Below are positions 1 to 12,844 of a DNA stretch of 64,000 nt, in pieces. The DNA lies in the NCBI RefSeq assembly GCF_006345805.1, contig NC_042997.1, positions 46,438,001 through 46,502,000 of the forward strand. The letters run 5' to 3'. The notes under the pieces are model-generated. The model saw only the letters and a program-made list of their open reading frames with translations, did not search any database and was not told the origin of the DNA. This stretch comes from Octopus sinensis (lineage: Eukaryota). Each line of letters begins with the position of its first letter. Within the stretch, counting starts at the first letter, position 1. A program made the translations under genes and the position numbers.

Positions 1-2
1 AC

Positions 3-398
3 GGGACATTACCGGCTGTCAGTGTAGCACCGGAATGTCCCGGAACTACGTCGGTTGGGGTTGTGCCACCGACAAGAGAAGGAATACCGTTGGCGGGAAC
101 TGTACCGCCAACGAAAGAACTGAACGTATTGGTCCTCTTCTATAGAGGAGGAGAAATTGAAAAAGTGATGGAAGAGCACTACAAGGGAGCACCTTTAGCC
201 TTCACACAGGACCCCGAATGGCCTCCGCAGGTAGCTGTGGAGGCCGTGGCGTTCGACGTGACGCTTGGGCTAAAGGAGCTCAATGAAGATTATAACTTGG
301 TCCCGGGCGACGCGAACTCGGAACTTGATTATGTTCTGAGGGAGGCGTGGTTGATGGTGGAGGGCGCGGGCACAAGCTATTTCGAGGACGATATGTAA
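3..398 (+). CDS. 3' end of an unidentified ORF, open from the window edge; probably TE-derived
   Basis: Frame 3 is open from nt 3 (GTLPAVSVAPECPGTTSVGVVPPTREG...YFEDDM*). GC content is clearly higher than the flanks. No recognisable domain. Confidence 0.3.
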   Translation, partial: GTLPAVSVAPECPGTTSVGVVPPTREGIPLAGTVPPTKELNVLVLFYRGGEIEKVMEEHYKGAPLAFTQDPEWPPQVAVEAVAFDVTLGLKELNEDYNLVPGDANSELDYVLREAWLMVEGAGTSYFEDDM

Positions 399-404
399 TA
401 TTAG

Positions 405-530
405 TAATGGACTTAAGTCCAAAAATTGAAAAATTGTAAGATGATTAATACCTCGTTCTGTATTAATAATGGACTGCTAAGTCCAAAAATTGGAAAAATT
501 GTAAGAGGTTTAATACCTCGTTTTGTGTTT
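405..530 (+). repeat. ~60-bp imperfect tandem duplication
   Basis: taatggacttaagtccaaaaattgaaaaattgtaagatgattaatacctcgtt is followed by taatggactgctaagtccaaaaattggaaaaattgtaagaggtttaatacctcgtt. Confidence 0.8.
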
Positions 531-699
531 ATCCTTAAAAAGAGCAATGTTTTAGAGAAGCGAAAGTCGGCGGGCGCTTTTTGTCTTCTCCCATCCTTAT
601 CATCCTTCTTTCATTATCATTCACCTCATTAATGTCCTCGTCCAGCCCGCAAAGCTAACTTAATCTGTGTACTGCCTTTATGGCAAATGTTTTGAAATA

Positions 700-1040
700 A
701 AGTAGCTTGGTTATCAACCATATGGTTCCGGGTTCAGTCCCACTGCGTGGCATCTTGGGCAAGTGTCTTCTGCTATAGCCTCGGGCCGACCAATGCCTTG
801 TGAGTGGATTTCGTAGACGGAAACTGAAAGAAGCCTATCGTATATATGTATATATATATATATGTATGTGTGTGTATGTTTGTGTGTCTGTGTTTGACAA
901 CCGATGCTGGTGTTCGGCAAAAGAGACCGATAGAATAAGTACTGGGCTTACAAAGAATAAGTCCCGGGGACGATTTGCTCGACTAAAGGCGGTGCTCCAG
1001 CATGGCCGTAGTCAAATGACTGAAACAAGTAAAAGAGTAT
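700..1040 (+). mobile_element. SINE family A copy (5'-truncated)
   Basis: Has the family body ggttccgggttcagtcccactgcgtggc...gacggaaactgaaagaagc, an internal TA/TG microsatellite and the tail ccagcatggccg..tgactgaaacaagtaaaagag, all shared with other copies in the window. Confidence 0.85.
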
Positions 1041-1890
1041 ATATATGTAAATATATGTATGTATATATATACAAATACACGAATGGACAAATATGTGTGT
1101 TCCTTTATATGTTCACCTCAGTCCATGCTATCAGAATCTTTTTTTAAGTACAAACTCTTTCATATTCCTAACACATTTTCCACACTTTTAAAATTCAACA
1201 AAATTGAATAAACTGCAAAATACTGTGGCCGACTGAATTTACATTTCCTCAATATAATATGGAATGTCAAAGCAATATTTTCGCAGAAACACATCCATAT
1301 TGATTTCTTTGCTCACGTGGGAGTTCACACATGTCCGTTTATACAAGCAGGTTAGATTGTAGATTATTAGATTAACAGATGACAAGCAAAGCTAGAATCG
1401 GCAATAGTCAAACATGTATATATGTATTTATACGCACAGACTCGCCCTGATGCGACCTAATGCTATTGGTGCAGGGACCGTATTTAGTGCTTGTATGGAA
1501 ATAGCGAAACTTTGACAACGTCTTTTAAATTATTCGTTCCTGTATTGCTTATAATTTCCTGCATAAGTAGTATATATTCGGTTGTACTTTCTATACTTAT
1601 ATTTCGAAGTCTATTATTATTGTTGATGTCATGGTCGTTATTGCTTTAGCTGTTGTTTTGATTATGGATAACAAGCAGTTATTCATTACATTACACTAAA
1701 AAAATAAGCGTATAGCTGTAAATGTTCAGATAGGAGGCAAATACTAAGAGAAACGTACAAATGAATCTACAGGGGCCCGAAGGCTTCTGTCTGTTATATC
1801 CATGTAAGATATTCTGAGACATACTTTGAGGAGGCAGTGAACTAGACTTCACAGAATAACTAACACACGCACATACACATGCGTGTATAT

Positions 1891-1929
<39 letters not shown>

Positions 1930-1930
1930 C

Positions 1931-2338
1931 TCTTTACTCTTTACTCTTTACTCTTTTACTTGTTTCAGCCATTTGACTGCGGCCATGCTGGAGCACCGCC
2001 TTTAGTCGAGCAAATCGACCCCAGGACTTATTCTTTGTAAGCCCAGTACTTATTCTATCGGCCTCTTTTGCCGAACCGCTAAGTGACGGGGACGTAAACA
2101 CACCAGCATCGGTTGTCAAGCAATGCTAGGGGGACAAACACAGACACACAAACATACACACACATATCTATATGCATACATATATACGACGGGCTTCTTT
2201 CAGTTTCCGTCTATCAAATCCACTCACAAGGCTCGAGGCTATAGTAGAAGACACTTGCCCAAGATGCCACGCAGTGGGACTGAACCCGGAACCATGTGGT
2301 TGGTAAACAAGCTACTTACCACACAGCCATTCCTGCGC
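1931..2338 (-). mobile_element. SINE family A copy (near full length)
   Basis: Reverse complement of the family A head (gcaggaatggctgtgtggtaagtagcttg), body and (agagtaa)n tail. Confidence 0.9.
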
Positions 2339-2679
2339 CTATATATATATATATATGCATACATACATCGAAAGAGAAAGAGTTAGAAACATAGAGGGTG
2401 TAGAGACAAACAGACTGATATTTAATATTTGTTCTGTATAATATACATAATTGGATGTTCAAAATTTATATAGAATACTTGTTAAATATCAACCTTCCTA
2501 CTAGCGCGCGCAATCGCACCCGCGTACATACACACGCAACCACCCACACAGACACACGCACAAAGAGTTGAGAGACAAATACACATACATATATGCGCAT
2601 GCGTGCGTGTGTATGTGCGTGTGTGAGCATGTATAAGATATAGATTTATGTATAGACACAACTGTACGTATATAAGTGT

Positions 2680-2730
2680 TTGTTTGTGTGTGCGTGTGTG
2701 TGTGTGTGTGCGTGTGTGTGTGTGTGTGTG

Positions 2731-2771
<41 letters not shown>

Positions 2772-3021
2772 TCTGAAGTAAAATACTTCGCTGAAAACGG
2801 TAAACAAAAAAGAACCATAGTATTTATAGATTTTAATAATATTACTCTTCAGAAATTATGCTACCAAGCTACCTACCTACCTACCGACCTACCTACCTAC
2901 GTACATACATACATACATACATACATACATACATACATACATACATACATACATACATACGTACATACATAGATACATAGATACATACATACGTACATAC
3001 ATACATACATACATACATACA

Positions 3022-3054
<33 letters not shown>

Positions 3055-3060
3055 TACTTA
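2680..3060. repeat. (TG)n and (TACA)n microsatellites
   Basis: Directly visible simple repeats. Confidence 0.95.
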
Positions 3061-3159
3061 CATCTATCTATCTATCTGCCTATCATACATACGTATATAC
3101 AAACACACACACACACGCACACACACACACAAATATATATATAGTTGAAATTTATAGAA

Positions 3160-3282
3160 AAACAAAAGACGAAGACAGGTGTATGAACAACAAGCAAGTG
3201 TTTTTGTTTGACGCTCGGGAAAATGAAAAAGTCTTTTACGCTTCGAGCCTACGCTCTTCAACAGAAGAGAAAATGAGAAAAT

Positions 3283-3290
<8 letters not shown>
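3160..3290 (-). mobile_element. Penelope terminal-repeat remnant with a minimal variant hammerhead-like motif (mutated)
   Basis: Homologous to 40040-40200. The minus strand reads CTGTTGAA GAGC gtag GCTC GAAGC GTA aaagac. It lies downstream of the GIY-YIG remnant at 4050-4490 on the same strand. Confidence 0.6.
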
Positions 3291-3338
<48 letters not shown>

Positions 3339-4049
3339 TTGTAGATTTCAGTGGCCCAACATATCGAAAGATAAAAAAAAAACGGGAGATTGAAAGAAAG
3401 GGAGATAATAATAAAAAAAGGGAGTTTGAATGAAAGGGAGATACTTAAGTGCTAGTGATCCCAACAGCAGAAGGTGCCCCTGCGTGTGTGTGTATGTGAG
3501 AATGGCCTAAGTATATATGTGTGAATAAAGGTGAGTGACTCTGACGTGTGTGAGTGTGTGCGTGTGTAACGTGTGTGTGCGTGTGTGAGTTGAGTGTACA
3601 TGATTGTGTGTAGCAGTTGATGTGTGCATATTAACGTTGTGCATGCAACCGTGTGTGTGTGTTTCTGACCAACCAGACTGCATGTGTAGGGTGTATACAT
3701 GTGGGCGAAAGTTATCTCTGTCTATGCATGTTGCGTGCGTATGTATATGTAGCCTGTGTTCAGGTATTATGTGCTTGTGTGGGTGTGGCAGTATTTATTG
3801 TCTGTGTTCAGGTATTATGTGCTTGCGTGTGTGCATGATGGTGTGTGGTGTATGTACTGAGTAAAACTGTGTGTGGTTGCTCATGTATTGGTATGTGTGG
3901 TGACGCTATTGAAGATTGTGTGTGGGTGTGTGGATGATGGTGTGTGGTGTGGGTGCTGGGAAGTGGTCAGTATTAGTATCTGAGGAGTGGTATGGAGTTG
4001 GTATGAAATGAAGAGTGGAGGTGAGGTTGGTGCCAATGGAAGAGAGGAG

Positions 4050-4490
4050 GTGAGTTGAGCCCATGTTGCACAAAGGAGCGAAGAGGGAAGATTAATATCT
4101 GTTCACTGCGAAGGCGGGACTCCGGATGGCTCCAATGCAGAGACAGTGCGAACACAGACAGATGTTGTAGCGAATGACCGGTAGAGCGGAAACGGTGCGA
4201 GACTGGGGTGTCATTGCCGAGTCTGATATCTCGAGGTGCTCCGTGAACCAGTCAGCCAAGCGGCGTCCCGTTTGATCGATGTACAAGGAAGGACAGAGAG
4301 AGCAGGAGTTGCAATGAATAATGTTACTGAAAGTGCAAGTAAAGGAGTCGGTGATGTGATAGGGTCGATGATGGGTGCCTGTTAATATTTACCGCTTTCG
4401 GTTGATCGACTACGGCCGTGTAGGGAACCGTTTTGAAAGGTTTAGTTGACCCCAGTAGTAAATATCTTCTTGTTCGTTTGGCCGGACCGA
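4050..4490 (-). pseudogene. Penelope-like element GIY-YIG endonuclease remnant
   Basis: Minus-strand translation FTCTFSNIIHCNSCSLCPSLYIDQTGRRLADWFTEHL...EQILIFPLRSFVQHGLN matches the PLE GIY-YIG pattern (C-x2-C, YIGQT, EH, terminal GLN), with frameshifts. Confidence 0.85.
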
Positions 4491-5116
4491 TTTGTTACTA
4501 GGTTAGCCGAACGACACAGGTACATACATGCACACAGACACACACACAGACACACACACACACACACACGCACACACGCACACACACGAGCACGCACAGA
4601 CTCACCCACACTCACACTCACGCACACACACATATATATAACAGTAAATAGACAGACAGACATACCTAGGTAGCTAGATTGCTAGTTAACTTTAGAGAAA
4701 TCAATAGATAGAAAGAGAGAGAGAGAGAGAAAGAGAGTGAGTGAGAGAGAGAGTGGTAAAGAAAGATGAAGAGAGACAGACAGACAAATGAACAAACTAA
4801 CGGACAGACGAACAGCGAGACCGACAAATAGATAGATTGATAGGTATATAGAGAGATAGATAAATGGCATTTGAACGGATTATCGTTTAATGTACGGGAT
4901 ATCTTGTCAAAATGATACGTAAAGAAAGTATGAGTTTATTTTCTATAATTCAATATCATGGTCATATAATAGTTTCTATATTTTATATTGCACAGAGCTA
5001 TTTCACTTCGATGAGTGGAAAATTTGACAGAAATATCTAATATAGTTTCTACCATAGTAAGAAATATGACATTAATATCGTTGAGCGCCGTTTCCGTTAT
5101 TCTACTCGCTTACAGT

Positions 5117-5188
<72 letters not shown>

Positions 5189-6511
5189 TGTTGTTGTTTT
5201 TGATTTTGTTATTACTGGAATTCCGTCCCCACCTAACATTTATTTTTTCTTTTGCTTTTTTTTTCAATTCTTGCTGCATGTGTCTATTTGCAGCTGTTCA
5301 TGCAGCACATAAAACCATAATGATTTTCTGGTCTCGAAGGACCACTGCATCACCTCAAGACTCACACACCAAAAAATAAATAAATAAATAAAAAATATAT
5401 ATATATATATATATATATAAAGCCAACAAAACATACGTTACTCTTTCGTAAAGGCAATATAGATTTTTCTTTGGTAAAGAATGCATATGATATTTTTTCT
5501 TTTTTTTTTTTTCTTTTTGCTTTTTCATGCAATTCCCTCATTTTCTGCTCCGTTTCTCTCTTACGCGTTCTCCACTCTTTCTGTTATCCTTTTACTTCTT
5601 TCCCCCTCTTTCTCGATCTGTCTTTCTCTGTCTTTAACAGTTTGATCCCAGTTGCTCATTGCTTGATCCTCTATCACTCGATCGAGCTGCACATGTATTT
5701 TTTGAAAACTACCATACAAAATAAATAAATAAATAAACAAATAAATGAATAAAATACCTGACTAGGGAATTTCTCAAAAGCCACTAGTTCTAGGTTTGAT
5801 CGGAAGGCACAGCATCTTATCTACTGTAATTGCTTCAACAGGACTAAAACCCAGCAAGTGGACTTCGGTACGACAAGGAAAACAAAACGTAGAAAATAAA
5901 TGTAATAAGCGATTTAAAAAATAGAAACAAACAATAAAGAATTCTTTATATAGGTAGATGCGCGGGTTGATGTACGCAGGGTTGTGTGGAACTTTGTGAG
6001 TATTTTTTATATACATATTTATTTAAGCGTAGATGAATGCTGATCTATATCGTAGAAAATATGTGAACAGAAACTGAGAATTATTTATTTCCAACTCGCA
6101 TAGTAATATAAGGAATATATTTCTACCTTGTGATTTTCTTTATAAAGTAAATTTCAAGTTATTTATTACACACACACACACACACATTATATTATATATT
6201 ATATTATATATTTATGAATATATATGTGTGTGTGTAAGTACACAAAGAAAACGCAAGATAGAGGAGTGTGTATGTATGTGTTTATGAGTATGTGTACAGG
6301 TAATTCTGATTATAAACATTAAGAACACTTTTCTGTCTTTTTTTTTTTTTTTTTGGAAATTTGAAATAGAAAGCGAAAAATTAGGAAAAAGAAACAAAAA
6401 CTTTTCTAGTTCCAGAAATAAGTGTGTTGCGATGTCTCATGTTTTGCTGGGATTCACTGCGATGACGACTACAACGTCTCGGTGTGATGGTACGACGACG
6501 ACGACGACGAC

Positions 6512-6543
<32 letters not shown>

Positions 6544-6744
6544 CGTTGATGACGACGGCGAAGGCGGGGGCTGATGACGACAACCAAGATGCTGTCTGCT
6601 GCTGCTGATGATGATGATTATACTCACCGTAATGATGACGTTCCTATCGAGAATGAAGTTATTAAGAGGTCGGTGACGATTGAGCAGCTTCAAGCGCCGA
6701 GGGTTTGAAAAGTTAATGAAAGAAGTTGAAAGATGGAGTGAGTT

Positions 6745-6794
6745 GAAAAAAAAAGATAATCATAATGCTAATAATGATGATAATAATAATAATA

Positions 6795-6836
<42 letters not shown>

Positions 6837-6886
6837 TAATAATAATAATAATAATCATGATAATAATAATAATAAGAATGATAATG

Positions 6887-6924
<38 letters not shown>

Positions 6925-6991
6925 GATAATAATAATAATAATAATGATAATAATAATAATAATAATAATGATAATAATAATGATAATAATA

Positions 6992-7028
<37 letters not shown>

Positions 7029-7132
7029 TATAATAATAATAATAATGATAATAATAATAATAATAATAATAATGAAATAATAATAATAATAATAATGATA
7101 ATAATAATGATAATAATAATAGTAATAATAAC

Positions 7133-7169
<37 letters not shown>

Positions 7170-7230
7170 TAATAATAATAATAATGATAATAATAATGAT
7201 AATAATAATAATAATAATAATATAATAATG

Positions 7231-7264
<34 letters not shown>

Positions 7265-7275
7265 TAATAATAATG

Positions 7276-7308
<33 letters not shown>

Positions 7309-7512
7309 TGATAATAATATAATAATAATAATAATAATAATATTAATAATAATAATAATAATAATGATAATAATAATAATAATAATAATCATGATAATAA
7401 TAATAAGAATGATAATGATAATATAATAATAATAATAATGATAATAATAATAATAAATAATAATAATAATAATATGATAATAATAATGATAATAATAATA
7501 ATAATAATAATG

Positions 7513-7549
<37 letters not shown>

Positions 7550-7639
7550 TAATAATAATGATAATAATAATAGTAATAATAATGATAATAATAATATAAT
7601 ATAATAATAATAATAATAATAATAAAGATAATAATAATG

Positions 7640-7682
<43 letters not shown>

Positions 7683-7781
7683 TAATATAATAATAATGAT
7701 GATAATAATAATACTAATAATAATAATAATATGATAATGATAATAATAATAATAATAATGATAATAATGATAATAATAATA

Positions 7782-7814
<33 letters not shown>

Positions 7815-7830
7815 TGATAATAATAATATG

Positions 7831-7924
<94 letters not shown>

Positions 7925-7958
7925 TAATAATAATAATAATTATAATAATAATAATAAT

Positions 7959-7996
<38 letters not shown>

Positions 7997-8000
7997 AATA
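6745..8000. repeat. ~1.25-kb (AAT)n microsatellite with GAT/AT variants
   Basis: Directly visible. Confidence 0.97.
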
Positions 8001-8487
8001 TTCCGTGGTACATGGCATCGCGGCTGAGAATTCCGGATTTAACCAGGGAATACTAAATTACATTTATCTCACACTTGCATCTCTAGGTTCAGTAGCGGTG
8101 CAGCTATTCATCTGTTCCCCTTTCGTTTCCGTCCAAGCCACTTTTTCTCACATCAAATATCATTCATCAACTGATAAAATGAATAAGTAACCGTATGGGT
8201 GGCGTAATTGTTTATGTGTGAAAGAGAGAGCGAGAGAGAGAGAGAGAGAGAGCGAGCGAGAGAGTGGTACAGAGCGATAGAGAGAGGTACACAGAGAGGG
8301 AGCGCGTGTCAAGGAGAGATCGTAAGAGAGTCAAGGCCGGGAGGAAGCAAGGAAGAAAAAAAGGTGGAAGAAAAACAAGAAGGAAGGGAAAGAAAGATGA
8401 GGGAAGAGAAAGTTGGGAAGAGTTACTCGCACGAAGGTGAACAGATACATACAGACACGTACACACACATAGGTGCACGCAAATACA

Positions 8488-9260
<773 letters not shown>

Positions 9261-9699
9261 TATATTCCATCTTCCATTATGACATTTATTCCACTGTAGA
9301 CAGAGACCTATGAACAAATAAACAATACACATTAATACTCAGATTATACACCCATGACTGCCAAATGCACATGTCTGCGTGCAATTGCACGGACACACGG
9401 ACACACACACATGCACGCACTCACATACATATTTATATATACGCATCCGCACACTTAATATCATCCACTCGTACATTCACATACAGATTCATATTCACAG
9501 AATGACGTTCACGCACAGATTCGTTCACACACGCACGCACACACACACACACACATACACACACACACACACACACACTGAGTAACACACACGCATATTC
9601 ATCCAGACATTCATATGCACACGTAGATATTTCCGCGCATAATTGGAAGACGCAAGCGTACACGCACACGCGCACACACACACACACACACACACACTT

Positions 9700-10226
9700 G
9701 TAACTACCTACTTATATACATACGTACATACATACATACATATACATATACATACATACATTCATGCATACATACATACACACATTCATGCATGCATATA
9801 TACATACATACATGCATACATACATACATACATACATACATACATACATACATACACACACATACATACATATATACATACATACATACATACATACATA
9901 CATACATACATACATACATACATACATACATGCATACATACATACATACATACATACATACATACAAGGGTGTGGAAGAATTTTGTGTAACAGTTCATGT
10001 TTAAATAGTTTTAACGTGCCAATGTGTTCTTTAAATGTTAAACAAGAAATCCTTTTATATTTCCGCTTAGGTCCGGGAGGTGACAGGATTTCTAGAGAGC
10101 AAGATCATAAACCGCCCAACACGGAAAGAACAACAACATAACGCTTAGGCTGCAAGGTTTTATTCATTTTCTGTGTGATTACATCCATCTATCTATCCAT
10201 CCATCCATCCATCCCTCCACCCATCC

Positions 10227-10318
<92 letters not shown>

Positions 10319-10347
10319 GTCTATCTATCTGTCTGTCTGTCTCTTTC

Positions 10348-10434
<87 letters not shown>

Positions 10435-10470
10435 GTCTGTCTGTCTGTCTGTCTCTTTCTCTATCTATCT
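9700..10470. repeat. (TACA)n (9700-9965) and (ATCT)n (10185-10470) microsatellites
   Basis: Directly visible. Confidence 0.9.
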
Positions 10471-11446
10471 ATCCATTTTTCTATCTATGTAACTGCCCTA
10501 TATCTATCTATCTGCCTGTCTGTCTATTTGTCCCTAGCCTGAATCCACATTCAATTTATATATATCGATATCGAAGTAGAACCTTAATCGAAATATCGAG
10601 AAGTAAGTCTGCCGTTACACGCTGCTGTAGAAGAGGAAACAAACTTGAAAGAAAACAAAATATCATGAAATTTTTCAGTCTCTTCAAGCTGTAAGTAACT
10701 TTGCAAAGGAGCCGAAACATTCGTAGTTACAATTGAGAAAAAAAATTAAATTTACGAAGTTGAATATGATATTGAAAACGCTGGAAATAAAACCATTCAA
10801 GATAAGAAAAAATATATCGTTTATTGTATGATACAAGGAAATCAATATGTGAAATGCAAAAAATATTGAACAAATATTCAAATCCAGAATATTGAAGACT
10901 TGATCATTGGTCCCTGAAACTGAAATAGTATTCTCACTCAAATATTATGATAGTTACGCATATATATATATATATACTAAAATCAATGCACAAGCTTCTG
11001 GCAACTTTACCTCTCGATTCGTGTAACAAGTATCAGTGTTAAATATATCGAATCAACATTAGATCATCAATTAGAAAGCTAAGCAGATTATCCTTCTATT
11101 TACATTTGCGTTCGTGTGTGTATGTATGTATGTGTGTGTGTGAAAGTGAGTGCGTGTGTATGTATGTGTTTACGTGCATGTGGGACTGTGAGAGTATGTT
11201 GTCTTCTATTTTTAATTATTAGAAGTCTTGTAAGGAAAGGACTGGTTTGTAACAAAAATATAAAGCTCCATCGTCTGAATGTACTCAACAAAATCGTCGG
11301 AATGTAGAAAAGAAAGACTCGAAGTTTGAATCTGAGGAAAATCGAGCATAAGTATAAAAAATATTCGTTTTAATCGAAATCTCCTCCACTCCGAATCCAA
11401 GAAGTCTACATCTTAGACAAAATGACATACTTGACAAAAAGCATCA

Positions 11447-12036
11447 GGCGCAGGAGTGGCTGTGTGGTAAGTAGCTTGCTAACCAACCACATGGTTCTGG
11501 GTTCAGTGTAGGGACAAATAGACAGACAGGCAGATAGATAGATATATGGCAGTTACATAGATAGAAAGATGGATAGATAGATAGCACTGGGGTCGATATA
11601 ATCGACTTAATACCTATGTCTGTCCATGTTTGTCCCCTGTATGTTTAGCCCCTTGTGGGTAAAAAAGAAATAGGTTCCGGGTTCAGTCCCACTGCGTGGC
11701 ATCTTGGGTGGGCAAGTGTCTTCTGCTATAGCCCCGGGCCGACCAATGCCTTGTGAGTGGATTTGGTAGACGGAAACTGAAAGAAGCCTGTCGTATATAT
11801 GTATATATATGTATATGTATGTATGTGTATGTATTTGTGTGTGTGTGTTTGTCCCCCTAGCATCGATTGACAACCGATGCTGGTATGTCTACGTCCCCGT
11901 CACTTAGCGATTCGGCAAAAGAGACCGATAGAATAAGTACTGGGCTTACAAAGAATAAGTCCTGGGGTCGATTTGCTCGACTAAAGGCGGTGCTCCAGCA
12001 TGGCCGCAGTCGAATGACTGAAACAAGTAAAAGAGT
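11447..12036 (+). mobile_element. SINE family A copy interrupted by a 165-bp insertion (11508-11672)
   Basis: Head ggcgcaggagtggctgtgtggtaag; the body resumes at 11673. The insertion is flanked by a 15-bp duplication ggttc(t/c)gggttcagt (11493-11507, 11673-11687) and contains the 3' part of SINE family B. Confidence 0.85.
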
Positions 12037-12775
12037 AATGAGTATAGCTGAATGCATAAGCGTGTGTGGATGTGTGTCCGTGCAAATGTTTTTGAAGGCG
12101 CGTATCCTTACGGTTAGGATGATGGGCTCGCAATCAGAAGGTCGTGGTTTCAATTACTCGACCAGGCAGTTTCATATATTCAGAAAAGTTGCATATCATC
12201 AGTAAAATATTTTCGTATTTTTTGTTGTTGTTTTTTTAATCCCTCATTATGTTGCCTAGTTAAGGGAACCAGGTTCATTTCATTTAATTCATTTGTTGGC
12301 AAAAGTATGAATATTTCAGGAACATTACTGAGAAAGAATCCAGGCCAAGTACATGATCTGTACGTACTCTATATCATTTGTATCTGATTCTACTGACTGT
12401 ACTTGCGAAGATATCTATGTAGACACGTACGTCTATAAGTATGAACATATTTAAGTATATATTTGGATGAATGAATATTTCCACATATGTAGGATGTTTC
12501 CACATACGTAAGTATGTATGCATGCTCGCGTAAAAGAATCGCTGTAAATATTGATGCGCTAAAACATTGCCCAAAAGAAATCATTCCTTCGTTTAAGGCT
12601 GTGTGTGAAAATGAATCTAAATGAATGAAAATAAATGAAACAGCTGAACGAACATGATAGAAATATATAGACACACGTGCAAACATGCACACAAACGCAT
12701 TTGTATATACACGTACAAATATATACATATATATGTATATGTATCTATATTTGTACGTATATGTATGTTCATATA

Positions 12776-12806
<31 letters not shown>

Positions 12807-12844
12807 GCATATATGTATATATATATATATGTATATGTATATAT

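Noticed and set aside
6680-8018. Long poly-I/Y/L/N ORFs (also 45269-46363 and the many IYIY/HTHT/CVCV ORFs)
   Set aside because: Translations of microsatellites, with no coding evidence.
12150-12210. Minus-strand CUGAUGA...GAAAC...GUC
   Set aside because: Stem II lacks a closing pair, stem I does not form, and it overlaps a decayed tRNA-derived SINE head; likely chance.
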